A stretch of 62,242 bases of DNA from Planctomycetota bacterium. Its GTDB lineage: Bacteria > Planctomycetota > UBA8108 > JACQVS01. Location of the stretch: NCBI GenBank assembly GCA_041569895.1, contig JBFFXF010000003.1, forward strand, positions 1 through 62,242. Reading direction: 5' to 3'. The notes beneath the pieces were generated by a model. The model was given only the letters and a program-made list of their open reading frames with translations, was not told the DNA's origin and ran no database searches. This document shows positions 46,191 to 56,391 of the stretch, piece by piece. Each line of letters opens with the position of its first letter. Within the stretch, counting starts at the first letter, position 1. Made by a program: the position numbers and the translations under genes.

Positions 46191-47918
46191 ATGTCGACGA
46201 ACGTCAGCAGGCAGAGGGAGGCGACGCACCTCCAGGCGCTGATCTTCTCGGAGATCGCGATCCGAGAGAACATCATCGACGCCGAGGTCATCGAGCGCGG
46301 CTGGACGGTGTTCGAGGAGATGGTGCAGCACGACATCTCCCGGTCGCTCGCCTCGATCCTGCTCGACCGCAAGCTGATCGACAAGGACCTCGAGCGGCGC
46401 GTGTGCGCGGCCGTCGAGCGCCTGACGGTGACGTGCGAACGCTGTCGCGGAGCCGCCCCGCTTCGCGGCATCACATCCGAGGGGCGAATCCGGTGCTCAT
46501 CGTGCGACGGCGTCCTCGAGCTCAGTCTCCGCGACGATGACGAGGCGGTCGAGCTCCCGCTCGAGGAGCGAATCAAGGCCTCTCTCGTGGGCGTCGACTC
46601 CGACGAGTCGCCGACCAGGCCTCGGTCGTCCGTCGCCGGCGCGGTGGACGAGACGCTGCGCCCGCAGAAGTCATCTACACGCTCGCGACACTCGATCCGC
46701 GGGAGCATCACACGCTTCGAGGTCCGCCAGATCCTGCACAGCGGGCCCTTCGGTCGGCTCTATCTGGCGTCCACGACCGGCGTGAAGAAGGCGCCTCCCG
46801 TCGCGGTGAAGGTCCTGTCGCCCGACATCCTCGCCGACCCGGAGAGCACGGCGCGGCTGAAGAAGGCGCTGGACGAGTGGAACGCCAACTGGCGGGACAA
46901 GGGCCGGGCGCAACACGTGCTCCACGAGGAGAACGAGCACGTCTATGTCGCCCGGAACTTCCTCAAGAAACCCCACGTGTCGCTCGCCGACCTGCGGTTG
47001 CGAGATGACATGAAGAGGCCGCTGATCCGCCGCGTCGCCACGCTCGTCGCGGACCTCCACCGCGAGGGACTCGTTCACGGCAACATCAAGCCGTCGAATA
47101 TCATCGTTCGCACCGACGACAACTTCGAAACGGCCTACCTCATCGATCCGTGCCTCTCCCGGCTTCTGCCCCCGAAAAACGAGCTCGGCCGCTGGAACCT
47201 GCTCGTCAAGGCGCCGCGCTACTGCGCGCCGGAGGTGATCGCCGGCAAGGCGGTGACGGCGGCCTCCGATATCTACGCGCTCGGCTGGGTCTTCTTCGCG
47301 ATCCTCGCGGGCTCGCCCCCGTTCGTCGGCCTCCCCGCGCCCGAGGTGCTCCGCCGCCACCGCGAGGGACCGGTGCCGCAGCTTCCCGAGGACGTCGAGG
47401 ACTGGAAGGGCGTCATCGCCCACATGACCGCCGTCAAGCCGGAGCAGCGGCCTCGCAACGGCGGCAAGGTGGAGGACATCGTCGAGACCTTCGTCGCCGG
47501 AAAGAAGTACCGGCCGCCGGAGGTCGCGCCGAGACAGACCCCGCGCCAGATCGAGGAGCATCTCGTCGGACGCACCAAGGGTTTCCAGCTCCGCTACCTG
47601 ATCGGACCGGTCGCTCTGCTGATCGTCCTCGCGTGGGTCGGCTTGTGCGGCCTCAACTGGTACCGCACCGAATCCGCGCTCGGCTCGGAGACCCGCTACG
47701 CCGAGTTCGAAAGACGGATCATCGAGCTCGAGTACCAGAAGACCGACGCCGTCGCGAAGTCGAACCCGGAAAACGGCCGCGAGGCGTGGAGACGATTCAT
47801 CGAGAAGTTCCCCGCCAGCAGCCTCCGGAAAGACGCCGAGGCGCAGATGCAGCGGTACCGGAAAAACGAGCGCATCGATGTCCTCGAGCTCTACTCGGAA
47901 CTGAAGGGCGACGACTGA
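46191..47918 (+). CDS. Zn-ribbon plus degenerate Ser/Thr kinase (probable pseudokinase) with TM helix
   Basis: CERC/CSSC; VAVK, HGNIKPSN, IDPC, YCAPE, SDIYALG. Confidence 0.85.
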   Translation: MSTNVSRQREATHLQALIFSEIAIRENIIDAEVIERGWTVFEEMVQHDISRSLASILLDRKLIDKDLERRVCAAVERLTVTCERCRGAAPLRGITSEGRIRCSSCDGVLELSLRDDDEAVELPLEERIKASLVGVDSDESPTRPRSSVAGAVDETLRPQKSSTRSRHSIRGSITRFEVRQILHSGPFGRLYLASTTGVKKAPPVAVKVLSPDILADPESTARLKKALDEWNANWRDKGRAQHVLHEENEHVYVARNFLKKPHVSLADLRLRDDMKRPLIRRVATLVADLHREGLVHGNIKPSNIIVRTDDNFETAYLIDPCLSRLLPPKNELGRWNLLVKAPRYCAPEVIAGKAVTAASDIYALGWVFFAILAGSPPFVGLPAPEVLRRHREGPVPQLPEDVEDWKGVIAHMTAVKPEQRPRNGGKVEDIVETFVAGKKYRPPEVAPRQTPRQIEEHLVGRTKGFQLRYLIGPVALLIVLAWVGLCGLNWYRTESALGSETRYAEFERRIIELEYQKTDAVAKSNPENGREAWRRFIEKFPASSLRKDAEAQMQRYRKNERIDVLELYSELKGDD

Positions 47919-47929
47919 TTCTCCGTCGG

Positions 47930-48292
<363 letters not shown>

Positions 48293-48323
48293 GCCGGCGT
48301 GAGGGAGGGTAGTCTTCGCCGGT

Positions 48324-49709
48324 TTACTGCGCCCCGACCACGCCCATCAAAACATCCGGCCGATCCGAGATGATCGCATCCACCCCCGCCTCCACGAGCG
48401 CTCTCATCTCGACCGGATCGTTCACCGTCCAGACGAAGACCGTGAAGCCGCATTCGTGGGCGAGGCGGACGAAGTCGGGGTAGATCTGGTCTCTCGCGAA
48501 GCCGATGCCCGACGCGCGGATGCGGAGGGCGTCGCGGATAATCTCGCGGCGGTCGTCGAGGCCTGTCGGGGGGTCCGCGATGAGCCATGCCGTCGGCAGG
48601 AGCGGCTCGATCTCGGCGATGGTCTTCACGGTGGCGTGGTCGAACGAGAAGATCATCAGGTCGATCGGATCGACACCGGCGGCGCGGATGGCGTCGACCA
48701 CCTCGCGCTCCATGCCGGTGTCCTTGATCTCGATCACCAGGCGGAGCTTGCCGTGAACGAGGCGGAGCGCCTGCTCGAGCGTCGGGATCGGCTCGCCGGC
48801 GAACGCCTCGTCCTTCCAGCGGCCCGCGTCGAGCGCGCCGAGCTCGGCGGCGGTGAGCTCCGCGACCTTTCGGTCGACGCCGGCCGTGCGCTTCAGGTCG
48901 TCGTCATGGATGAGTACGGGAACGCGGTCGGAGCTCAGGCGCACGTCGCACTCGGCGAGCTCGGCGCCGATCTCGATGGCGAGGCGGTACGCCGCGAGGG
49001 TGTTCTCCGGCGCCCTCGACGAGAACCCCCGGTGCGCGATGACGATCGGACGGCTCCTGAGCTCGTGCTTCTCTCGGGAATCGAGTGGCTTCATGGGAAT
49101 CAGCCTGACACTGTGCACCCGGACCGAGGTCTCGCCGACCGCGAGTCCGACCTGTCCGCGGGCCGGGACCGACGATCGCCGGAAGCCGAGGACCCGCTCG
49201 CCGTCGAGGTGCGCGAGGATCCAGTCCCCGCGCGCCTCGAGCCGGGCGACGTGCCGTGCACCGACCTCCCGGCCCGTGGGCGCGCGCGCGACCTGACGGC
49301 GATCGGCGACCGACAGCTCGAGCGCGTTCCGCGACTTCGCGTCTCGTCGCACGAGGAACCGGACGGGACGCGTCTCGGCGACGCCGTCGCGGACGAGGAG
49401 CGCGAGCCAGCCGGCAGATCCCGCGCCGGCGTCGAACGAGAACGCCACCTCGAGACCGACGTCGCCGGGGCGCGAGTCGCCGAAGTGGATGGTCGCGGGG
49501 CGATCGCCGGCGTCGCCGCGCAGCGCGCCTCCGGAGACTCGCCAGGACCCGCCGCCACTCGCGCGCCACCCGTCGGGCAGACCGCCGTCGGGGATCGACT
49601 GAAAGCTCTCGACGAGGGTCGGGGCGTCGACGGCGGCGCAGCCGCACCCGACCAGCAGCATCGCCGCGGCGAGCGCCGGCGCCGGGAGGATCTCACTTCG
49701 ACGACCCAT
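48324..49709 (-). CDS. Glycerophosphodiester phosphodiesterase with an N-terminal beta-sandwich domain; probable lipoprotein
   Basis: IAHRG..PENT, ECDV, IHD, IEIK, VWTVND, IISDRP; LLVGC lipobox. Confidence 0.9.
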   Translation of the reverse strand: MGRRSEILPAPALAAAMLLVGCGCAAVDAPTLVESFQSIPDGGLPDGWRASGGGSWRVSGGALRGDAGDRPATIHFGDSRPGDVGLEVAFSFDAGAGSAGWLALLVRDGVAETRPVRFLVRRDAKSRNALELSVADRRQVARAPTGREVGARHVARLEARGDWILAHLDGERVLGFRRSSVPARGQVGLAVGETSVRVHSVRLIPMKPLDSREKHELRSRPIVIAHRGFSSRAPENTLAAYRLAIEIGAELAECDVRLSSDRVPVLIHDDDLKRTAGVDRKVAELTAAELGALDAGRWKDEAFAGEPIPTLEQALRLVHGKLRLVIEIKDTGMEREVVDAIRAAGVDPIDLMIFSFDHATVKTIAEIEPLLPTAWLIADPPTGLDDRREIIRDALRIRASGIGFARDQIYPDFVRLAHECGFTVFVWTVNDPVEMRALVEAGVDAIISDRPDVLMGVVGAQ

Positions 49710-49965
49710 CCGCCAGTCCGGCCGGCCCCTTCCCGGCGGTCTTCTCGTAGTATCCCTTCCCCTTGCGGGTGTACTGCGTGAAGCCGTGCGCCTCGAGGTT
49801 CTTCTTGCTGAGGAGGCTCTTCTCCTTGCCGCCGACGGCGAAGCTGGAGTACACGCGCCGGCACGCGCCGTCGCACGTCGGGCACTTCTCGAGCGGCTCG
49901 TCGCTCGCCTTGCGAAAGACCTCGAAGGGTCCGCACTTCTCGCAGTCGTACTCGAAGATCGGCAT
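49693..49965 (-). CDS. FmdB-family zinc ribbon protein
   Basis: MPIFEYDCEKCG...CPTC. Confidence 0.88.
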   Translation of the reverse strand: MPIFEYDCEKCGPFEVFRKASDEPLEKCPTCDGACRRVYSSFAVGGKEKSLLSKKNLEAHGFTQYTRKGKGYYEKTAGKGPAGLADGSSK

Positions 49966-49988
49966 CGTCTCGATTGTACCCGGGAGGG

Positions 49989-52900
49989 TCACTTCTTGCG
50001 AACCGCGACGGTGATGGACTCGCCGTCGCCGAGGCTGATCTCGGCGGACCGGTCCCCCGCCGGGCGCTTGACACGGCGGACGCTCTCCGCGAGCGCCTCC
50101 CGCTTGATGAACTCCTCGTGCTCCTCCATCGTCCGGATCACCTCCTCGCTCTCGCTGGCCCACTTGACCTGGATGCGGTCGGCGACGTCGTAGCCCGCCT
50201 CCTTCCTGAGGTTGTTGATCGCGCGGCTGACGTCGCGCGCCATCCCCTCGCGACGGAGCTCCGGCGTGACGTCGGTCGAGAGCGCGACGAGATAGCCCCC
50301 CTCCTCGGCCACCGCCAGTCCCGGCGCGGCGGTCATCTGCACCTCCACCTCCTCCGCGGAGAGCGACACCTCCTCGCCGTCGACGGAGAGCTCGACGCCC
50401 TCACCCGAGCGCACGCGGGAAGCCACCTCGCGGGCCGGCAGCCTGGCGAGGGCGGCGGCCACACGCGGCATCCGCTTGCCGAGCTTCGGCCCGAGCAGGC
50501 GGAAGTTCGGCTTGATCGTGTACGAGACGAGGTCGGACGGATCGTCGATGAACGCGATCTCCTTGACGTTCAGCTCGTCGAGGATCTGGTCCTCGAACTC
50601 CTCGAGCCAGACACGCTCCTCGTCGAGCCGGAGCGCGACGGAGAGGCGGGCCAGCGGCTGGCGGACGCGCAGCTTGTTCTCCTTGCGAATGGCGCGGCCG
50701 AGCTCGACGATCCGCACGACGACGTCCATGCGGCGCAGCAGGTCGCGATCGAGCAGACTCTCGTCGACGCGCGGGAAGTCGCAGAGGTGGATGCTCGACG
50801 GCGCATCCGGGTCGACGGAGACGACGAGGTTCTGGTAGACCGACTCGGTGATGAACGGGATGATCGGCGCCACCACTCTCGAGAGGGTCACCAGCGTCTC
50901 GTGGAGCGTCCGGAACGCGGCGTCCTTCTCCGGGTCGTCGCCCTCGCGCCAGAACCGCTCGCGGCTGCGCCGGAGGTACCAGTTCGAGAGACGGTCCATG
51001 AAGCGCTCCGCCTCGCGGACGAGCTGCATCACGGAGAAGGTCGAGTACGCCTCGTGCGCGACGCCGATCAGCTCCTGCAGGCTGGCGATGATCCACCGAT
51101 CGAGCGGCGGCCGATCGGCGACCGGCGCGGCGCCCTTTCCCGGATCGAACTCGTCGACGCGCGCGTAGGTCACGAAGAACGAGTACGTGTTCCAGAAGGT
51201 CAGCAGCTTGCGCCGCACCTCGGCGCCGGGCCCGTACCCGAAGTTGAGGTTGATCACCGGATTCTGCCCGGCGTACAGCCACCGCATGACGTCGGCGCCG
51301 AGCTTCTCGGCCGCCGCGTTGAACTCGATGGCGTTGCCGAGCGACTTGTGCATCTCCTTGCCGTTCTCATCGCGCACGAGCGCGTGGCCGAGCAGCGTCT
51401 TGAACGGCGGCCGGTTCTCGAGCGCCGTGGACATCGCCAGCAGGGCGTAGAACCAGTTGCGGAACTGGCCCGGGAAGCACTCGGTGACGAAGTCGGCCGG
51501 GAACCACTTCTCCCAGTACTTGCGGTCGGTGCGATAGCCCATCGTCGAGTACGGGACGATGCCCGCGTCGAGCCACGGGTTGCCGACGTCCTTGACGCGG
51601 CTCGCCGTCTCGTCGCACTTCTCGCAGCGGATCTTGACGTGGTCGATCCACGGCCGGTGCGGCGTGTGCCCCTCGAACTTCTCCCAGCCCTCGACGGCGC
51701 GCTCTCGCAGCTCCTCGCGACTGCCGACGACGGTGAACCAGTCGCAGGACGAGCACTTCCAGATCGGCAGCGCCAGGCCCCAGAAGCGCTTCTTCGAGAT
51801 CATCCAGTCGTGCATGTTGCGCAGCCAGTCGAGCTCCCGCTCGAGGCCGTACGACGGGATCCAGTTGATCTGGCGCGACACGTCCATGATGCGCTCGCGC
51901 CACGGGTCCATGGCGATATACCACTCGTCGACGAGTCGGAAGAGAAGCTCCGTGCGGCACCGCCAGCAGTGCGGGTAGCGGTGCGCATACTTCTCCTTCT
52001 TGTAGCGGAGGCCCTTCTGCCGCAGGTCCTCGATCACCTCGTCCGAGACCGAGCCCGCGAACTTGCCGCTGAACGGCCCGAAGCCGTCGACGTAGAAGCC
52101 CTCCTCGTCGATCGGCGCGATCGCCGGGATGTCGTGCTCCTTGCCGAGCGCGAAGTCCTCCTTGCCGCAGCCCGGCGCGATGTGGACGATCCCCGTGCCC
52201 TCGTCCTCGCTCACCTCGCTCCACGGGATGACGCGGTGCGCTCCATCGCTCCGCGACAGCTCTCGCTCGACCGCGGGGAGCTCGTCGTAGGGTCCGCTGT
52301 ACCGCATGCCGATGAGACGCTCGCCGGGAAGCTCCTCGAGCACCTTCGCCTTCTTGTCCTTGAGGACGCGGAGGCACCCCTTCGCGAGGTAGAGCACCTC
52401 ATCGCCCTCCTGCACCTTGACGTAGGTGAGCTCCGGATGGACGGCGAGCGCGACGTTGGAGGTCAGCGTCCACGGCGTGGTGGTCCAGACGAGAAACGAC
52501 TCCTTCTCGTGCCCCTCGATCGGGAATCGCACGGAGACCGCCGTGTGGGCGACGTCGGCGTATCCCTCGTTCATCTCGTGCTCCGAGATGCCCGTGCCGC
52601 AGCGCGGACACCACGGCATGACGTCGATGCCCTTGTAGATCCATCCGCGATCGTGGCAGGTGCGGAGGAACTGCCAGATCATGTAGTTGTTCTCGTCGGA
52701 CATCGTGTAGTAGGAGTTGTCCCAGTCCATCCAGTAGCCGAGGCGGATCGACTGCTCGGACTGGACGGCCGCGCACCGGCGCACGCGCTCCTTGCAGCGC
52801 TCGACGAAGCGATCGATGCCGTAGCGGACGATGTCCTTCTTCGACTCGAACCGGATCACCTCATCCGGCGAGGCGCCGTCGGCGATCTGCTGCTCGGCCT

Positions 52901-53207
52901 CGGCGCGGAGCTCCTTCTCGACCTCGACCTCGACCCACAGCCCCTGGCAGTCGAAGCCGTTCTGGTAACGGAGCTCGTGCCCCGTCATGGCGTGGTAGCG
53001 CTGGTAGATGTCCTTGTAGGTGCGCCCCCACGCGTGGTGGACGCCCATCGGGTTGTTCGCCGTTATCGGTCCGTCGAGGAACGACCAGCGAGGTTTCCCT
53101 TTGTTTTTCTCGCGGAGTCTGGAGAATGTCCCGTCTCGGTCCCAGAGCTCGAGGATCTCCCGTTCGAGCGCCGGAAAGTCGAGCGGGTTCTGCACGTCCC
53201 TGTACAT
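49989..53207 (-). CDS. ileS: Isoleucine--tRNA ligase (type 2)
   Basis: FLDGPITAN, WTTTPWTL, GTGIVHIAP, YPHCWRC, LSNWY and the long type 2 C-terminus; signature motifs are GVHH and EMHKS. Confidence 0.95.
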   Translation of the reverse strand: MYRDVQNPLDFPALEREILELWDRDGTFSRLREKNKGKPRWSFLDGPITANNPMGVHHAWGRTYKDIYQRYHAMTGHELRYQNGFDCQGLWVEVEVEKELRAEAEQQIADGASPDEVIRFESKKDIVRYGIDRFVERCKERVRRCAAVQSEQSIRLGYWMDWDNSYYTMSDENNYMIWQFLRTCHDRGWIYKGIDVMPWCPRCGTGISEHEMNEGYADVAHTAVSVRFPIEGHEKESFLVWTTTPWTLTSNVALAVHPELTYVKVQEGDEVLYLAKGCLRVLKDKKAKVLEELPGERLIGMRYSGPYDELPAVERELSRSDGAHRVIPWSEVSEDEGTGIVHIAPGCGKEDFALGKEHDIPAIAPIDEEGFYVDGFGPFSGKFAGSVSDEVIEDLRQKGLRYKKEKYAHRYPHCWRCRTELLFRLVDEWYIAMDPWRERIMDVSRQINWIPSYGLERELDWLRNMHDWMISKKRFWGLALPIWKCSSCDWFTVVGSREELRERAVEGWEKFEGHTPHRPWIDHVKIRCEKCDETASRVKDVGNPWLDAGIVPYSTMGYRTDRKYWEKWFPADFVTECFPGQFRNWFYALLAMSTALENRPPFKTLLGHALVRDENGKEMHKSLGNAIEFNAAAEKLGADVMRWLYAGQNPVINLNFGYGPGAEVRRKLLTFWNTYSFFVTYARVDEFDPGKGAAPVADRPPLDRWIIASLQELIGVAHEAYSTFSVMQLVREAERFMDRLSNWYLRRSRERFWREGDDPEKDAAFRTLHETLVTLSRVVAPIIPFITESVYQNLVVSVDPDAPSSIHLCDFPRVDESLLDRDLLRRMDVVVRIVELGRAIRKENKLRVRQPLARLSVALRLDEERVWLEEFEDQILDELNVKEIAFIDDPSDLVSYTIKPNFRLLGPKLGKRMPRVAAALARLPAREVASRVRSGEGVELSVDGEEVSLSAEEVEVQMTAAPGLAVAEEGGYLVALSTDVTPELRREGMARDVSRAINNLRKEAGYDVADRIQVKWASESEEVIRTMEEHEEFIKREALAESVRRVKRPAGDRSAEISLGDGESITVAVRKK

Positions 53208-53359
53208 GGTCACGTTATCGGCTCGAGTCGGCGATTCCTGTATGCTGTCGCTGTCGGCCCGGATCCCGACGGAGGTCCCGGCGCCGTGTCGGCGATTGCG
53301 AAAGCGGGCCATTGTGGACGAAGCCTCCCGGTCGAACAAGAGGAAACGACACGACGCTG

Positions 53360-54880
53360 ATGCGCCTCGCTGACTGGTTCGATGAGCTCGACCGGAGCGC
53401 GGCCGGCAACGCCGCGCTGCTCGCGGCGATGCGAGCGGAACGCGTCGTCTTCGACCCCGGGAACGAGGACGACCTCGACGACCTGCGCGAGGACGCCGAG
53501 AGGATCGCCCGCGGCATGGACTCTCCCCAGCATCCGCCGGCGATGCTCTGGAGCGGCATCCCCGCGCCTCCCCCGGCCGACGAGGTGACCTGCGACTACC
53601 ACCTCGTCGTCTCGGTCGGCGGAACGAAGACCGAGTTCGCGATGCTTCGTCTCGAGCGCGGCGAGCTCGTCGGGCTCGATCTGCAGAGCGGCCGCGAGGT
53701 CTCGGGCGCCGAGGAGATCGAGCGCCTCAAGGACGATCTCAGGATGGCGACGCCGGTCCACGGACCGGAATGCCCGGACGGGCTCGAGATGGTGCGCCAG
53801 ATCGTCGCCCACATGAGCGACCACCTCCGCCCGCACCGCGACACCGCGCTGGCGCGGTGCCCGGGCGTGCTTCTCAGCTTCGGCTTCGCGACCCGCACGG
53901 TGCGCACCGGACCCCGCCTCCTCGGCGGTCTGGCGGCGATCGTCACCAGGATGACCAAGGACCAGCAGCCGTTCACCGAGGACCTCCGCGGACGGAACAT
54001 CGGCGAGCTCTTCTCGGAAAGCTTCGGCGAGCAGCTCGGCTGGACGCCGGCAGTCGCCGTGGCGAACGACACGGTGATGGCGCTGGCCTACTTCCTCGGC
54101 CCCCGCTGGAGGCCGCGGTTCCATCGCGTCGGCCTCTTCATCAACGGCACCGGGACCAACTTCGCCATCGCCGAGCCGTACGCCGTCCGCGCCGACGGCT
54201 TCGTCAGCGCGCCCGGTGAGGAGTACCGTCCCGACCGGCTCTGCCACGGGCGCGACCTGCGCGCGGGAGAAACGGCGGTCGACTTCTTCGTCAATTACGA
54301 GTCCGGCGGCATCGAGCTGATCGCGACGCGCACGCGGTTCGATCTCTCCGAGGAGTACCAGATCGAGCGCAACGCCCTCGCGGGGGGCAACGCCTTCGGG
54401 CAGCAACTCCGCGAGCTGACGCGCGAGCTGGTCTCGCCCGAGCTCTGGGATCGTCTTCGCGACGGCTGGTCGCGAACCGGCGCCTCCGAGGCGCCCGGCG
54501 GACCGGAGGTCGGCCGTCTCTCCGAGAGCGACGGAAGCGTCGCCGCGGTGTCGGCGATCCTCGGCGGCATCGAGCTCGAGCCGGGCGAGGCCGCGGCGCT
54601 GCGGCTGATCGCCCGCGCCATCGTCGGCCGCTCCGCCCTCCACGCCGCCCTCGTCCTCGCGGCCATCACCCGCCGCATCGGCTACGGCCGCGGCGACAGC
54701 GGCCGCCCGGATCTCGTCGCCGTCGAGGGGAGCGTCTGGAAGAACGCCGGCTACATCGACCTCGTCCGCGCCTGGTGGCGGACTATCACCGGGGAAAAGC
54801 TCGAGGTCGAATTCGCGCACGAACCGTCATTCAACGCGAGCTTGCCGGGGCCGTTGTATCTGGCGGCGTTGTGTGGGTGA
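53360..54880 (+). CDS. Hexokinase-family (eukaryote-type) homologue
   Basis: SVGGTK, LSFGF, RMTK, NDTV, NGTGTN, VNYE, VEGSV, in the order of the hexokinase motifs. Confidence 0.7.
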   Translation: MRLADWFDELDRSAAGNAALLAAMRAERVVFDPGNEDDLDDLREDAERIARGMDSPQHPPAMLWSGIPAPPPADEVTCDYHLVVSVGGTKTEFAMLRLERGELVGLDLQSGREVSGAEEIERLKDDLRMATPVHGPECPDGLEMVRQIVAHMSDHLRPHRDTALARCPGVLLSFGFATRTVRTGPRLLGGLAAIVTRMTKDQQPFTEDLRGRNIGELFSESFGEQLGWTPAVAVANDTVMALAYFLGPRWRPRFHRVGLFINGTGTNFAIAEPYAVRADGFVSAPGEEYRPDRLCHGRDLRAGETAVDFFVNYESGGIELIATRTRFDLSEEYQIERNALAGGNAFGQQLRELTRELVSPELWDRLRDGWSRTGASEAPGGPEVGRLSESDGSVAAVSAILGGIELEPGEAAALRLIARAIVGRSALHAALVLAAITRRIGYGRGDSGRPDLVAVEGSVWKNAGYIDLVRAWWRTITGEKLEVEFAHEPSFNASLPGPLYLAALCG

Positions 54881-54901
54881 GGTTGCCGCCGATTTCGATG
54901 A

Positions 54902-55150
54902 CTCGTCGTCCTCGTCCTCGTCCTCGTCGTCGAGAGACAGAGACAGACATCAGAGGTCCGAGACGGAGATCAGAGGACGGAGATCGGAGGACAGAGGTCC
55001 GAGACCGATTCCGACTTCCGATTCCGATTCCGATTCCGATTCCGATTCCGACTCCGACTCCGAGATCCGACTCCGATCGCCGCGTCCCTGAGCGGCGCCT
55101 GGAAGGACTGGAGAGCCACTCTGCGTAATCTGCGTAATCTGCGGACCGTC
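54902..55150 (+). repeat. Modular microsatellite element between convergent genes
   Basis: (CTCGTC)n, (GAGACA)n, heptamers, (CCGAYT)n, TCTGCGTAA units. Confidence 0.9.
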
Positions 55151-55180
55151 TTCTCCGAGCTTCGCGAGCCCCCCGCGCCC

Positions 55181-56350
55181 CTAATGGCGGCGGAGGGCTT
55201 CCACCGGGTTCATTCTCGATGCCCTCCACGCCGGCCATGCGCCGCCGAGGAGGCCGAGGATGAGGGCGAAGCTGATGGCGGTGGTGAGGACCTCCGGTGT
55301 GACGCGGAAGGCGAAGGCGATCTCGGTGAAGGTGGCGAAGTTGGTCGTGCCCGTCTCGATGCCGTTGAGCGGCAGGGTCAGGACCGCGCCGACCGCGCCG
55401 CCGGCGAGGCCGAGGATCAGTGATTCGAGCAGGAACGACGCGAAGATCGACAGCGGGCGGAACCCGATCGACTTCAGAATGCCGATCTCCTGCGTGCGCG
55501 CCTCGATCACCGAGAGCATGGTGTTCGTCGCCGTGAACACCGCGGCGATGCCCATGATCACCGCCAGGAAGTTGCCGAGGAGCTTGAGCGTGATCGACAG
55601 CATCGTCGTCTGCGCCGTCAGGTACTCGCGCTCGCTGAGCACCTTCGCAGGCGCCTGCTGATCGTCCGCGACGCGCTCGGCGAACGCCTCGAACGAGACA
55701 CCGTCCTTCACTTTCGCGATGACGCGGTTGAAGCCGGGACGCTCGAGCGCCTCCATCAGCCGCTCGACGTCACCCCAGATCTCGGAGCCGAAGGGGCCGT
55801 CGTACTCGAAGACGCCGACGACGCGAAACGGCGTCGTATTGAGGACGATGACGTCGTCGACGCGGCAGTCGCGGACGCGTCCCGGCAGCTTTGCGCCGAC
55901 GATCACCTCGTCCGATCCCGGCGTGAAGCGCCTGCCCTCGATGATCCGCAGCCGATCACCGGCGAGGTCGAAGCTCGCGGTCTGCACGCCGCGAATCGAC
56001 ACGTTGGTCTCGCCGCCGTCGAGCTTGAAACGGCGCACGGCGAGGTAGCTCTCCCGCGAGGCGAGCGGCCTCCCCTCGTCGTCGACGGCGATCTCCGGGC
56101 TCGACTTGACCAGGACGTCCGCCCGCTCCCGCGAGAACGCGCTCTCTCCCTCGCTGCCCGCACCCGGGCGCAGCATGACGGCGACCCGCTCGCGACCGCT
56201 CTCGGTGAAGATGGTGCGGAAGCCCTGCTCGAGGGCGAGCACGCCCGAGAGCATGGCGACCGTCGCGCCGATGCCGAGCACGGTGAGCGTCGTGGCGCCC
56301 TTGCGGACGAAGAGGCTGCGCAGGTTGTAGGAGAACGGGACCAGTTTCAT
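55181..56350 (-). CDS. ABC transporter permease (MacB/FtsX-like)
   Basis: N-terminal TM, periplasmic domain, RTQEIGILKSIGF, three C-terminal TMs, PVEALR. Confidence 0.92.
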   Translation of the reverse strand: MKLVPFSYNLRSLFVRKGATTLTVLGIGATVAMLSGVLALEQGFRTIFTESGRERVAVMLRPGAGSEGESAFSRERADVLVKSSPEIAVDDEGRPLASRESYLAVRRFKLDGGETNVSIRGVQTASFDLAGDRLRIIEGRRFTPGSDEVIVGAKLPGRVRDCRVDDVIVLNTTPFRVVGVFEYDGPFGSEIWGDVERLMEALERPGFNRVIAKVKDGVSFEAFAERVADDQQAPAKVLSEREYLTAQTTMLSITLKLLGNFLAVIMGIAAVFTATNTMLSVIEARTQEIGILKSIGFRPLSIFASFLLESLILGLAGGAVGAVLTLPLNGIETGTTNFATFTEIAFAFRVTPEVLTTAISFALILGLLGGAWPAWRASRMNPVEALRRH

Positions 56351-56391
56351 GTCGAGCTCACACCGGCGTTCGCGCCGGCGTCATCCGGGTG

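Noticed and set aside
53208-53359. T-box riboswitch upstream of ileS
   Set aside because: Only about 150 bp shared with a divergent gene; no T-box consensus or terminator visible
49974-53360. 1128-aa ORF antisense to ileS, and similar shadows at 1879-3855, 5980-8889, 26672-29722 and 33747-36131
   Set aside because: They mirror well-supported genes on the other strand and are Arg/Ala-rich or motif-free
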